From a virus (Duplodnaviria; Heunggongvirae; Uroviricota; Caudoviricetes): 64,000 nt of DNA. The stretch spans positions 64,001 through 128,000 of the IMG/VR virus record IMGVR_UViG_3300012007_000010. One strand, given 5' to 3'. Position numbers and translations under genes: made by a program. Below are positions 9,312 through 18,418 of the stretch, piece after piece. How positions within the stretch are numbered: the stretch's first letter is position 1; the number at the start of each line of letters is the position of its first letter. The notes under the pieces are model-generated. The model did no database searches. It was not told the DNA's origin and saw only the letters and a program-made list of their open reading frames with translations.

Positions 9312-9587
9312 TTATTCTTTCTCCCGCTTCAGGTGTTCATTGAACTCCATAATACGCTGCCTAACCACTTCGTTCGTAAATTCCTGCACGGAATCGTCTT
9401 TCTTTATTCCGCAGTGCAGGGCTGACATCGCCCTTTCCATATACCTCTTTGCGAGACAGTTTATCGTAATCTCAATGGACTTCTGTTCCTCCTCGCTCAT
9501 ACGGCTATTTTCAACTACCTGTACGTCTCTTAATACCGACCATGCAAACATATACATGTCGCACACCGTCATCTTCTTTTCTTCCAT
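9312..9587 (-). CDS. Hypothetical protein
   Basis: 91 aa ORF, collinear. Confidence 0.65.
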   Translation of the reverse strand: MEEKKMTVCDMYMFAWSVLRDVQVVENSRMSEEEQKSIEITINCLAKRYMERAMSALHCGIKKDDSVQEFTNEVVRQRIMEFNEHLKREKE

Positions 9588-9609
9588 ATCGCCTAAGTTC
9601 TATTTGTGG

Positions 9610-10887
9610 TCAATTTGTGGTAATTTGTGTTAGGTCAATCCCGAAGTGCTTTGCCGCCTCCAGAATCTTCTCGTCCTCCAGAGCTTTCTCCCTCGGCTCC
9701 AGCGTCAGGTATTCCTGCCAGTTCACGCGCCACTGTTCTATACGCTTCTCCCTGTCCTTCCCCTCCTTGCCACGCCGCAGGTCGATGAGCCATTTTCGTA
9801 GTTCCCTGCGCCGCTTCCTCTGCTCGCTGGTAAGCTCCGCAGGCTCCCGCTCTCCGCCTTCACCGCCAGCCGATGTGCCGTCCTCGTTCAGTGCCGCGTT
9901 GCATTGCGACGTGGGAACGAGATGCGCCATCCCCAGGTCATCAATCACCACATGCCCGTTCTCCGCCACCTTCTTCCACTCCCGGTCCAGTTCGTCGCGT
10001 ATCGCCCGTATCTTCTTGTCAATGCGCGTCGCCTGCTTTGCCCACTGCTCGCGGCTCTTTGCGCTCGCATGATCATCGTCCATCAGCAACTGCATATTGT
10101 CACGTGCCTCGCCCAACTGCCGCATCAGTTCACTATATCCCGCAGCCCGTTCCTGCGTCTCTTTCGGCAACAGATGAACATACTGGTCAATATGTTTCGG
10201 ACGGGCCGGCACCATTTTAGAGGTGAGAGGTGAAAGGTGAGAGATGAGAGATGTGTCCGTCGGCTGATATTCCTTCTTTGTCTGTTGCGTGGCAATTACA
10301 TCGCCGCCCTGCCTCTTACTGCCAGGGCAGACTGTCGCTCCAACAGGAGTGGAGAGTGTCTGCGGTTTGTCCGCTCCGGCTCCGGCGGCGCGTTTTGGCT
10401 CATGGTTGTAGTGCGCAGCCGCATTCCCGGTCTCTGGCCGCCTACCCGTAGCCTTTCCCCTCTGTCCTGTTGCAGTCTGTGCGACGGTCTTAATGTTTCG
10501 CTCGACCTCTGGTCGCTTGCTACCGTCGGGACGCAAGAATGTCACATGTCCAATGTTTAATGAACTCAGCACCTCCACCACCTGCCTCACGGCCCGATAT
10601 GCCGACTTCATATAGATCTGCGTAGGCAGCCACGTGTCGGCCACGCCGACGAGCGCCGACATCAGTGTGATGCCATCCGTCACCGCTCTGGCGTCATCTG
10701 TAGTCCACCGCGTCGTGATCGTCATCAGGCTCTGACTTCGAGCCATCGGCCTGTCCGTCATCGCCAGCAGCCGCGCCCCGTCGGAGGTCAGCCACTCCCC
10801 CACCCTGCCGACGAACGCTTTGCGCTCCTCCGCCGTCATATCACCATACCCTTTCAGGTAGTCGCGTACAAGTATCTTCCTGATCAT
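9610..10887 (-). CDS. Hypothetical protein with low-complexity insert
   Basis: 425 aa; in-frame heptamer repeat at 10220-10254. Confidence 0.75.
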   Translation of the reverse strand: MIRKILVRDYLKGYGDMTAEERKAFVGRVGEWLTSDGARLLAMTDRPMARSQSLMTITTRWTTDDARAVTDGITLMSALVGVADTWLPTQIYMKSAYRAVRQVVEVLSSLNIGHVTFLRPDGSKRPEVERNIKTVAQTATGQRGKATGRRPETGNAAAHYNHEPKRAAGAGADKPQTLSTPVGATVCPGSKRQGGDVIATQQTKKEYQPTDTSLISHLSPLTSKMVPARPKHIDQYVHLLPKETQERAAGYSELMRQLGEARDNMQLLMDDDHASAKSREQWAKQATRIDKKIRAIRDELDREWKKVAENGHVVIDDLGMAHLVPTSQCNAALNEDGTSAGGEGGEREPAELTSEQRKRRRELRKWLIDLRRGKEGKDREKRIEQWRVNWQEYLTLEPREKALEDEKILEAAKHFGIDLTQITTN

Positions 10888-11059
10888 ATCGCCGTTAATT
10901 TGTCTTTTCGTTCAAAATACAATAGACAAAATCCAAAAGCAAGGGCAGTGCGAGGCGAGAGCAGAATCCACGAGCTTGCTCGATGGTTATGCCGAGGCGA
11001 AGCCTGCACTCGGCAAAGCCAAGGGCAAGAAAGATGGCTGATGTGTGATGGCTGATGGA

Positions 11060-11705
11060 AGATAACCAATCTCAACCGCATAACTACACAACTGCCAAAC
11101 TGCATAGCCGAATAACCATGCAGCCACCTAACCACACAACCGCCCGATTGTGCAGCCGCACAAAGTTAATTTATCATAATACTTTGCGGTTTTGCGGTTG
11201 CAAAGTTGTGCGGTTGCAAAATTATTCCTATCTTTGCCATCGCTACAACGAAACCGCTCCAAGCAGGAATTAGCTACAGCACCCGGCAAACGAGCATAAC
11301 ATTTATTTAAGCTACACGAAATAATGAAGTATAGTTCGTTACATCCCATCACTGGGAGTTTTGTATTCGCACAGTTGTGCGGTTGTGTGATTCGGCGGTC
11401 ACACACTTGTGCAGTCGCAGGGTTACATACTTACACAGATGTAGGAACGAGCAACCTCATAACCGCACAATCGCAAAATTACATAGTTGTGCAGTTGCGC
11501 GACAGTATAACGCTGCAATCGCCTGTTTGTGCAGTTGTGCGGCTGTGCGGTCGCATAATTATATATTTGCAGCACCGCACAGCTTGGCGGCTGCACAAAT
11601 GTGCGGTTATGTATTTGCATAATCACACAACCGCATAACTGTCATGCCGCACAACCGTGCAGCCGAGTAACTGAGCAACCGCACAACTGCAAAACCGCAA
11701 AAAAG
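11060..11705. repeat. Centromere-like (parS/parC) array of degenerate AACCGCACAA/TTGTGCGGTT repeats
   Basis: Perfect copies at 11206, 11375, 11461, 11677 plus many degenerate copies in both orientations upstream of parA; small second cluster at 12608-12656. Confidence 0.8.
11217..11236. promoter_or_regulatory. Back-to-back Bacteroidota sigma-A -7 elements
   Basis: TAATTTTG on minus (11217-11224) and TATCTTTG on plus (11229-11236), each with TTG 20-21 nt upstream. Confidence 0.65.
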
Positions 11706-11737
11706 TCACATTATTATAATATAAAAGCTACACACTT

Positions 11738-12604
11738 ATGACACGTAAAAAAGCTACACATCTGCGGCACATCGTCGCCGTATCGAACAACAAGGGTGGG
11801 GCAGGCAAGACCACCACAGTACTTAATCTCGCTGCAGCCATCGCACAGCGCGGCTACCGCGTACTTGTCATCGACACAGACCCGCAGTGCAACCTCTCGC
11901 TCTCCGTGGGCTGGGACCCGCAGCGCGAGGGCACCAAGACGGCCCCCGGCGAGCCTACCATCTTCAATGCCATCTGCCTCGGACAGAACATCCCCGTCTA
12001 TCGCAACGCCATCGGGCTCTACTACACGCCATCGTCGTCACGCATGGAGGATGCCGACGTGCATCTGAACTCCGCCGACGTCACCGACCCCGTGCGCGTA
12101 CTGAAGGCGCTCTTTGCTGAACCTATCGACGACCATACCGGCGAGGGACTGACGGAGTGGGAGAGTAGCTTCGACTTCATCTTTATCGACACTCAGCCCG
12201 CTATGAGCCGTGTGACGGTCAACGTCATCTGCGCCGCCACCGGCATTATCATCCCTGTGGAGCTGGAGCCGCTGGCCGTCGATGGCTACGTGAAGACCAT
12301 CGGAAAGATTATGAAGATTAAAAAGGTGTCGAACCCAGCCCTGCAGATACACGGTGTACTGCTCACCAAGAAGGACTCGCGCCTGAACTCCGCCAAGAGT
12401 TTAGAGGAACTGCTGCGCGACGAGGGCGATGTGTTCAAGACTACCATCCGCCGCACCAACGACGTGCCCTCTTCCCAGGATCGCGACTTCGACCCGGAGC
12501 CAGGCATCTGTCACGATATCTTCTCTTACCGCCGCAAACGTGGCCATGCCGACGAGGACTTTGTTGCCCTGGCCGACGAGTATCTGAAGCGTTGGGGAAA
12601 ATAA
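11738..12604 (+). CDS. parA: ParA family partition ATPase
   Basis: NNKGGAGKTTT deviant Walker A, IDTDPQCN, DFIFIDTQP. Confidence 0.95.
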   Translation: MTRKKATHLRHIVAVSNNKGGAGKTTTVLNLAAAIAQRGYRVLVIDTDPQCNLSLSVGWDPQREGTKTAPGEPTIFNAICLGQNIPVYRNAIGLYYTPSSSRMEDADVHLNSADVTDPVRVLKALFAEPIDDHTGEGLTEWESSFDFIFIDTQPAMSRVTVNVICAATGIIIPVELEPLAVDGYVKTIGKIMKIKKVSNPALQIHGVLLTKKDSRLNSAKSLEELLRDEGDVFKTTIRRTNDVPSSQDRDFDPEPGICHDIFSYRRKRGHADEDFVALADEYLKRWGK

Positions 12605-12681
12605 TACAACCGCACACTTTTGTAATTGTGCGGTTGCAGAACCGCAAAACCGCAAAGTCATAAATCAAAAGCGATAACATC

Positions 12682-13128
12682 ATGGCAACAAAGAAAGAAC
12701 AACCGCGCCGCCGTTCATTGAACGACCGTCTCGATGCCGAACTGGCCAGTGCTGAGAGCATACCCGTGGCAGGCATCACCAATGAACAGCCAGCACCAGC
12801 TGAAGTGCAGAACCAACAGATGGAAGTCGTACAATCTGAGCAGGGTAGGGTAGAGTCGTCCACAGCAGTCTCCGAGGCAAATTCCACCCGGAACGCCGCT
12901 GCCAAGGCAAGTCCCGACTTCCCCACCAAGAAGGCCACGACCATCATGCCCAAGGAAGTGTTCGCCGCCCTGCAGCACTACTGCATCGACACTGAGACCC
13001 CGAAGCACCGTGCCCTCTACCTGTTCATCATCGACGGTCTGCACGCCAAGCACGTCATCACCGACGACGACTACCAGCGCTTCCGCGACATGGCATCGCA
13101 GCTCACCACCACCTACGAAAAGAAGTAG
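12682..13128 (+). CDS. Putative centromere-binding protein (type Ib ParB-like)
   Basis: Small ORF after parA with disordered N-terminus and short C-terminal strand-helix-helix (ATTIMPKEVFAALQHYC...). Confidence 0.55.
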   Translation: MATKKEQPRRRSLNDRLDAELASAESIPVAGITNEQPAPAEVQNQQMEVVQSEQGRVESSTAVSEANSTRNAAAKASPDFPTKKATTIMPKEVFAALQHYCIDTETPKHRALYLFIIDGLHAKHVITDDDYQRFRDMASQLTTTYEKK

Positions 13129-13157
13129 GCAGCTCCCAATAGGACAAACCTCGCCGC

Positions 13158-13373
13158 CTACAGCTCAATCTTCGCGCACGCCCGTTGCGACAGCAGCACG
13201 CAGAACTTCTCTTCCGGACATCGCCCCAGTGTGGGCTTCCGGTCCTTCACCGTCAGCGTGTGGAATGTTGTGACGGGCGTGCAGCGTTTGCACTCGACAC
13301 AAGTGTGTTTCAAATACTCTTTACCATTGCCGCTGTTCTGAGCGGCGGTCGTGGTTCTGTAGTTCTTTGCCAT
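13158..13373 (-). CDS. Small Cys-rich (putative zinc-binding) protein
   Basis: CVECKRC...RCP...C...C in 71 aa. Confidence 0.55.
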   Translation of the reverse strand: MAKNYRTTTAAQNSGNGKEYLKHTCVECKRCTPVTTFHTLTVKDRKPTLGRCPEEKFCVLLSQRACAKIEL

Positions 13374-13432
13374 GCACGCAATATAGTGCAGCAGGCAGAT
13401 AGATGCAAGGGGCAATCAAAAGCATGTATCCA

Positions 13433-13977
13433 CCTACTAATTCGGAAAACTTTAAAACTGTACATCGGCAGCCAAGCATGCCATATAAAAACCTACCAAC
13501 TCGGAAAACTTCACGCAGGCGATAACACGCCTACGATTTCGGGAAACTCCAGCAGACAGCGGGCTTCTCCAGTACTGCACATCCACCTACCAACTCGGAA
13601 AACCTTGCGCATATCCTTTAGTATCAATCATTTGTATTCTTTGAAAAAAAATAAAAAATCTTTCGCCCGAATCGTTATGGAGATTCGTCTCTATATCGTA
13701 TAATATATCGTATATTATATAAGACCATCAGACTGCCATTGATTTTCAGCGAGTTACGTATAAAAGTTTACCGAGTTCGTAGGTGTAGGTTTTCCGAGTT
13801 GGTAGGTACTTGTTGTCCGTGATGGTAGGGTAGGGTTGCCCGAGTTCGTAGGAGAAAGTTGCCCAAATTGGTAGGTTAGGAAGCTGATGTTTACCGAGTT
13901 CGTAGGTGTAGGTTTTCCGAGTTGGTAGGTGGTTGTGATTATCCGAAATTGCAGGAACGGTTTACCGAATTAGTAGG
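13433..13977. repeat. Iteron-containing plasmid replication origin
   Basis: Four CCTACYAAYTCGGAAAAC-type copies (13433, 13492, 13530, 13586) face eight or more inverted copies (13766, 13789, 13812, 13835, 13858, 13889, 13912, 13960; mostly 23-bp spacing) across an AT-rich core; directly upstream of rep. Confidence 0.85.
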
Positions 13978-14062
13978 CGAGGATTACCGAAACAAAAGTA
14001 TATCATTCGTAACCGTCTAAAAATAAAATTCTTACAGAAAACGAAAATTTTCCTCAAAATCA

Positions 14063-14093
14063 TTGCGAATTTCAAATACTTTGTTTATCTTTG
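14063..14093 (+). promoter_or_regulatory. Sigma-A promoter for rep
   Basis: TTG (14063)-N20-TATCTTTG (14086). Confidence 0.7.
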
Positions 14094-14127
14094 CACCGCT
14101 ACAACGAATTTTAATGCTACACGAATC

Positions 14128-15396
14128 ATGACAACAAAGAAGAAAACGACCGACGCTGCCAAGCCAAAACCAAGGAAGTCACGCAAGAAGAAGGCCGTTA
14201 CCCTGAGTCTTCAGGATCTGATGACACAGCCGAGCCAGCTGGCCCATCTGCCGATGATGAACAAGGTGACGGGCTACCGTGTGCTCATCGCCGTGCTACA
14301 GCGACTGCAGGGCCTGTGGAAGATTGCCAAGATGCAGAAGCAGATGCCCGTGGCTGACAAGACAGGGCAGCTCTACCTGAACTTTGTCACCGACGAGTTC
14401 GAGGTGAAGCGGCAGAACGAAAGTGCCTACAACGAGGGCGACGTGGTGTTCAAGCTCAACCTCTCCGACATTGCCGACGACCCGCACTACGAGGAAGCCC
14501 GCACCGCCCTGCAGTCCATTACCCATGTGCAGTGCTTCGTGCCCGACAAGGAAGCACCCGGGTATTTCGTCACTGAGAACCTGATGCAGATACGCGGAAA
14601 GCGCGAGAACGGGAAGTTTGTGGGTACGAAGTTCGAGGTCATCGTGCCCCGCAAGACCGCCGAGAATATCCTCGACATCAACCTCTTCGGCAACTACACC
14701 CGCTTCTTGGGCTACACCGCCGGCAAACTGCGCTCCAGCTTCTCCTATCCGCTCTACATCTATCTCTCCGAGGAATGGCGGCAGCATGGCGACCGTTTCG
14801 TCATACCCATGTCGAAGCTGCGCTACCGCCTGGGCTTTGTGAAGGGGACCGACGACCCGGAGCGCGAACACCGTTACAGCTCGTGGAGCCAGTTCTGTGA
14901 CAAGGTGCTCAACCAGGCGCAGCGCGAACTCGACAAGCTCGCCGAGGGTGGGGGAGCCGACTTTACTTTCACCTATCAGGGACTGCTTCATGGTACGTCG
15001 CTGCCACCTTATAAACGCCCCGATGCCGTGGCCTTCACCATCACGCCAACCGAGGCAGGACGAGTCATCAAGGAGGAAAACGACTACGCCCCCAACCGAG
15101 AAATGGCGCAGCAGCTGATGGTCGATTTCTTTCACCTGCATATCAAACAGGCCCGCGCCTTTCTCCGTCGTGTCACGCCTGTCATCATGTCTGGCTTCAT
15201 CGCTCACCTTCAGATGCGACGCGACGAGTTCGATGCCCACCGGCATCCCGATGTGAAGAATATCGCCGGATGGATGTACGACGACATCGACCGATATATC
15301 CGCACAGAGGAAGACAAGTTCTTCACCCCCGCCGAAGAAGTGGCCACCGCCGAGGCAGTCCCCGCCACCGACATCCCTCAGATGCCCGAATGGTAA
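14128..15396 (+). CDS. Rep_3-type plasmid replication initiator
   Basis: Winged-helix initiator pattern LYIYL...IPMSKLRYRLG...YSSWSQFCDKVLNQAQREL...FTFTY; adjacent iterons. Confidence 0.8.
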   Translation: MTTKKKTTDAAKPKPRKSRKKKAVTLSLQDLMTQPSQLAHLPMMNKVTGYRVLIAVLQRLQGLWKIAKMQKQMPVADKTGQLYLNFVTDEFEVKRQNESAYNEGDVVFKLNLSDIADDPHYEEARTALQSITHVQCFVPDKEAPGYFVTENLMQIRGKRENGKFVGTKFEVIVPRKTAENILDINLFGNYTRFLGYTAGKLRSSFSYPLYIYLSEEWRQHGDRFVIPMSKLRYRLGFVKGTDDPEREHRYSSWSQFCDKVLNQAQRELDKLAEGGGADFTFTYQGLLHGTSLPPYKRPDAVAFTITPTEAGRVIKEENDYAPNREMAQQLMVDFFHLHIKQARAFLRRVTPVIMSGFIAHLQMRRDEFDAHRHPDVKNIAGWMYDDIDRYIRTEEDKFFTPAEEVATAEAVPATDIPQMPEW

Positions 15397-15418
15397 CAAC
15401 CGAAACATCGCTACGACT

Positions 15419-16306
15419 ATGGAACAGAAAGACTACGAAGAGAAGTGGGCCGCGTGTCTCACGATGATCCGCGAGAAGTTAGGCGAGCAGTACCGCCACT
15501 GGTTCGACGTATGGTTTGCCGACGTTCGCTTTGAGCAATACAACCCCGACGCGCACATGCTGCTGGTGCAGGTGCCGAGCCGTTATGTCTATGAGTACTT
15601 GGAGATGCACGGTGTGAAGACCATCCGCGAGACTGCCCGCAAGGTGTTCGGCACGGACATCACCTTGCAGTACCGCATCCTGAAAGAGCCGCAGTTTGCC
15701 GACGTGGCCGCCTACCTCGCACAGCACAGTGCCTACGACACGCGACGCGACCCCTACAATATCCATGTGGCTGATGCCGAGAAACGCTTGCGCGACGGTC
15801 TGCACTACTTCCTGAAGGGTAGCGAGCAATGGCTGCCTGCCTACGGCCAGATAGCTGCATGGCTACAGGATAATAAGGGTAGGGGACTGCTCTGTGTAGG
15901 ACATCCGGGGCTGGGGAAAACGCTTATCTGCGAGAAAATCCTGCCCGTCATCCTCGGCAACGGCGGACGGCCCATCGTCAGTGTCAAAGCCACCGAACTG
16001 CACGACCGCCTGCCGGAACTGATGAAGGAGCGTATCGTCATCATCGACGACCTGGGCAAGGAGCCCGCCAAGCACTACGGCGACATCGACCGTTCCTTCT
16101 TCGAACTCTGTAATAACGCCGAGCGCACCGGACAACTGCTCGTCATCACCACCAACCTCGCCACCGCCCGCCCTGCCTCCTGGCCTGCCGACCGTCCGTG
16201 GCCGTGGCCCGACAGTATCGAGCACCGCTACGGCACCGAAGTGCTCGACCGCCTGAAGGTCATCACCAGCGTCGTGCGCATCGAGGGCGAGAGTATGAGG
16301 AAGTAG
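15419..16306 (+). CDS. DnaA domain-I fused to DnaC/IstB-like AAA+ ATPase (putative helicase loader)
   Basis: N-term W..CL..IREKL...F..WF..V.F...LLVQVPSRY..EYLE; C-term GHPGLGKT, IIDDLGKE, ITTNL. Confidence 0.8.
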   Translation: MEQKDYEEKWAACLTMIREKLGEQYRHWFDVWFADVRFEQYNPDAHMLLVQVPSRYVYEYLEMHGVKTIRETARKVFGTDITLQYRILKEPQFADVAAYLAQHSAYDTRRDPYNIHVADAEKRLRDGLHYFLKGSEQWLPAYGQIAAWLQDNKGRGLLCVGHPGLGKTLICEKILPVILGNGGRPIVSVKATELHDRLPELMKERIVIIDDLGKEPAKHYGDIDRSFFELCNNAERTGQLLVITTNLATARPASWPADRPWPWPDSIEHRYGTEVLDRLKVITSVVRIEGESMRK

Positions 16307-16367
16307 CAGATGGAAGATGTTCCCTTTTTGTGGCGGCAGTCATTTTTCATTTCTCATTTGTCATTTC

Positions 16368-16982
16368 TCATTTAGAGCCATGCGCTGTGCGCTTGGCTCG
16401 CCTCTGCCACTCCCTCCTGATCGCCTCGATATGCAGCTCGCTGGTCTTGGTCATCTTGCAGAACGCCGCTATCATATCCTCCTGCGCATATTTCTCGCCC
16501 TCATGCTCACGGGCATAGCGCCTGGCAAACTGTTCCACGCTCTCCCAGAAGTATTGCCGCAGCAGGCGTAGCAGTTCCTTGGCCTGCTGCTCGCCGAACA
16601 TCGCGTCGCCGCCCCACGGGCGCAGTAGCCCCTCCTCGGTCAGCCTCACGCGCGGCACTTCTATCGGTACAAAACTCAGCAGCTCCTCTAACGACAGATG
16701 ATACAACCGCTCCGTAGCCTCCGGACTCAGCGTCATCGCTGCCGAGATAACACCGTAGCGTGAGGCCGACAGCGATAGTTCCACCGGCAGGTCCGGCGAC
16801 AGTTCCATGTCATCGACGGTCTCCATGCGCAGGATATCGCGCACACCGTCTAAATGATGCAGGCAAACGACGCGACGACCGTTCACCTGTACCTTGCTTC
16901 CAAACTCGTAATCTAACCACCCCCTTATAAACTCCGTTACCCGCAGCCAGGCAATCGCCGGCATCTTAAAGCTCTTAGCCAT
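16368..16982 (-). CDS. Hypothetical protein
   Basis: 204 aa ORF with own promoter (TAACTTTG at 17007-17014, minus). Confidence 0.7.
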   Translation of the reverse strand: MAKSFKMPAIAWLRVTEFIRGWLDYEFGSKVQVNGRRVVCLHHLDGVRDILRMETVDDMELSPDLPVELSLSASRYGVISAAMTLSPEATERLYHLSLEELLSFVPIEVPRVRLTEEGLLRPWGGDAMFGEQQAKELLRLLRQYFWESVEQFARRYAREHEGEKYAQEDMIAAFCKMTKTSELHIEAIRREWQRRAKRTAHGSK

Positions 16983-17762
16983 TCAGGTAAATAGTAATAA
17001 CGTGCGCAAAGTTACTAATTATTTTCGAGAAATTCGTGGCCCATTCATGGAAATTCTTCGCTTGTATTTTTTTAATAGGTACTCAGGCGAGCAAACTCTG
17101 AACGTGTTAAAAGAGTCTTGATGTGCTCTTGTGAATTGACTGCGCACCGAGGGAGAAGCCACCTCAAACCAACTCACAACAAAAAACCGCTGAAAATCAA
17201 GCAGTTACGAAACGCTGTGAGAAGACCCCTTGAATGAGGGAGAACTATGGCATACCAGTTCACAAATTGCAACCGCCTGAATATCAAATACTTAACAAGT
17301 GGTCTGCGCGGTCAGGGAGAGGAATAGGCCAAAAACGCCCAAAACTTTCTCTCTATATATAAAACATATATTTTAACCGTCACCCGCACGACAATTCCCC
17401 GCACCCCAAATAAAATAAAATTGGAATCAGAAAAGAAGAAAAGTGGTTGATTATCAATAAGTTATATAATATGCTATATACGCTTTGCGATTTTTTTAAA
17501 TTAAATTTTATAAGAAAAACATACTAAAGTTCTAAAGAGAGCACATAATTACCGCAAATTTACCGCGATTTTTGCGCGAAACTAATTGATTATCAGCGAG
17601 TTATAAAGATATTGCCGCAATTTTTTTTCGGCGCGAAAATGGAAAGCCGCCAACTCACAGCCGGAAATTCTTGTCGCCGCGAAATACCGATGTGCAGGGC
17701 ATTTGCGGCCTCTCGTCCATCAACTCCGAACCTACTCCCCGTCAATTCACAACCGCGCACCC

Positions 17763-17793
17763 TTGTCCGTCTCGCGGAATTTGAGTAACTTTG
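17763..17793 (+). promoter_or_regulatory. Promoter for tRNA pair
   Basis: TTG-N20-TAACTTTG. Confidence 0.65.
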
Positions 17794-17833
17794 CCCCCGC
17801 AAAGCGATCTCTGACAGCTCTGTGAACAAACAT

Positions 17834-17905
17834 CGCGGAATGGAGCAGCAGTAGCTCGCCGGGCTCATAACCCGGAGGTCGATGGTGCGAACCCATCTTC
17901 CGCAA
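17834..17905 (+). tRNA. Initiator tRNA-fMet(CAT)
   Basis: C1:A72 mismatch, CCGGG-CTCATAA-CCCGG anticodon arm with three G-C pairs. Confidence 0.9.
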
Positions 17906-17982
17906 CATAGCGGCGCAGTTCACCCGACAGCCAAAACGCGGATCTCCCTCCACACCACCGCTCCGCGTCTGCGCCGCTTTCT

Positions 17983-18068
17983 GGGTAAGCGCCGAAGTTG
18001 GAGAGTCGGGGCAGACTGTAAATCTGCTGGCTTGATGCCTGAGTAGGGTCCGAATCCCACCTTGCCCA
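17983..18068 (+). tRNA. tRNA-Tyr(GTA) with atypical T-arm
   Basis: GGGTAAG/CTTGCCC acceptor, GCAGA-CTGTAAA-TCTGC anticodon arm, long variable arm; T-arm GTAGGGTCCGAATCCCAC deviates. Confidence 0.8.
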
Positions 18069-18242
18069 CATAGGATAAATTTCTTTTCACACCACCGCCG
18101 CGAGGCGCTTCTTGTACTACAATTTCTTTGCCGCTGTGAAGCGGGTGACACCAGTTTTTTGATTTGTTTTAGTAGATTAGTTTTTTTGCCGGGTCACTCC
18201 GGCAACCCATCGGGAGGTTCACGTGTAGCTCCTCTCGTTTCG

Positions 18243-18282
18243 GCAGCCGCTCCGTTGTAGCATTCGGGCGGCTGCTCTTTTT
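18243..18282 (+). terminator. Intrinsic terminator after tRNA cluster
   Basis: GCAGCCGCTCCG/CGGGCGGCTGC stem + T-run. Confidence 0.7.
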
Positions 18283-18418
18283 GATGTCTGAGGGCTGATG
18301 TCTAAAGGCTGAGTATCTTCCATCTTCCATCATCCATCTTCCATCGCATCCCGCCCTTGCGCACACGCACACGAAACACTATATTTCTCAAAAATGTCAC
18401 ACTGATTTAACAATCTTT

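Noticed and set aside
11242-11251. GCTACAACGA equals the 3' part of the synthetic 10-23 DNAzyme core
   Set aside because: The 5' GGCTA of the core is absent and the DNAzyme is an in vitro selection product; treated as coincidence
11055-11638. Several ORFs over the AACCGCACAA array
   Set aside because: Translations merely mirror the DNA repeat; region is better explained as a centromere
13433-13977. Possible CRISPR array
   Set aside because: Repeats are 18 bp, degenerate, in both orientations with ~5-bp gaps and no unique spacers; no cas genes; fits iterons
17040-17650. Telomere-resolution palindrome or att site in the AT-rich gap
   Set aside because: No long perfect palindrome seen and no protelomerase or integrase in the window
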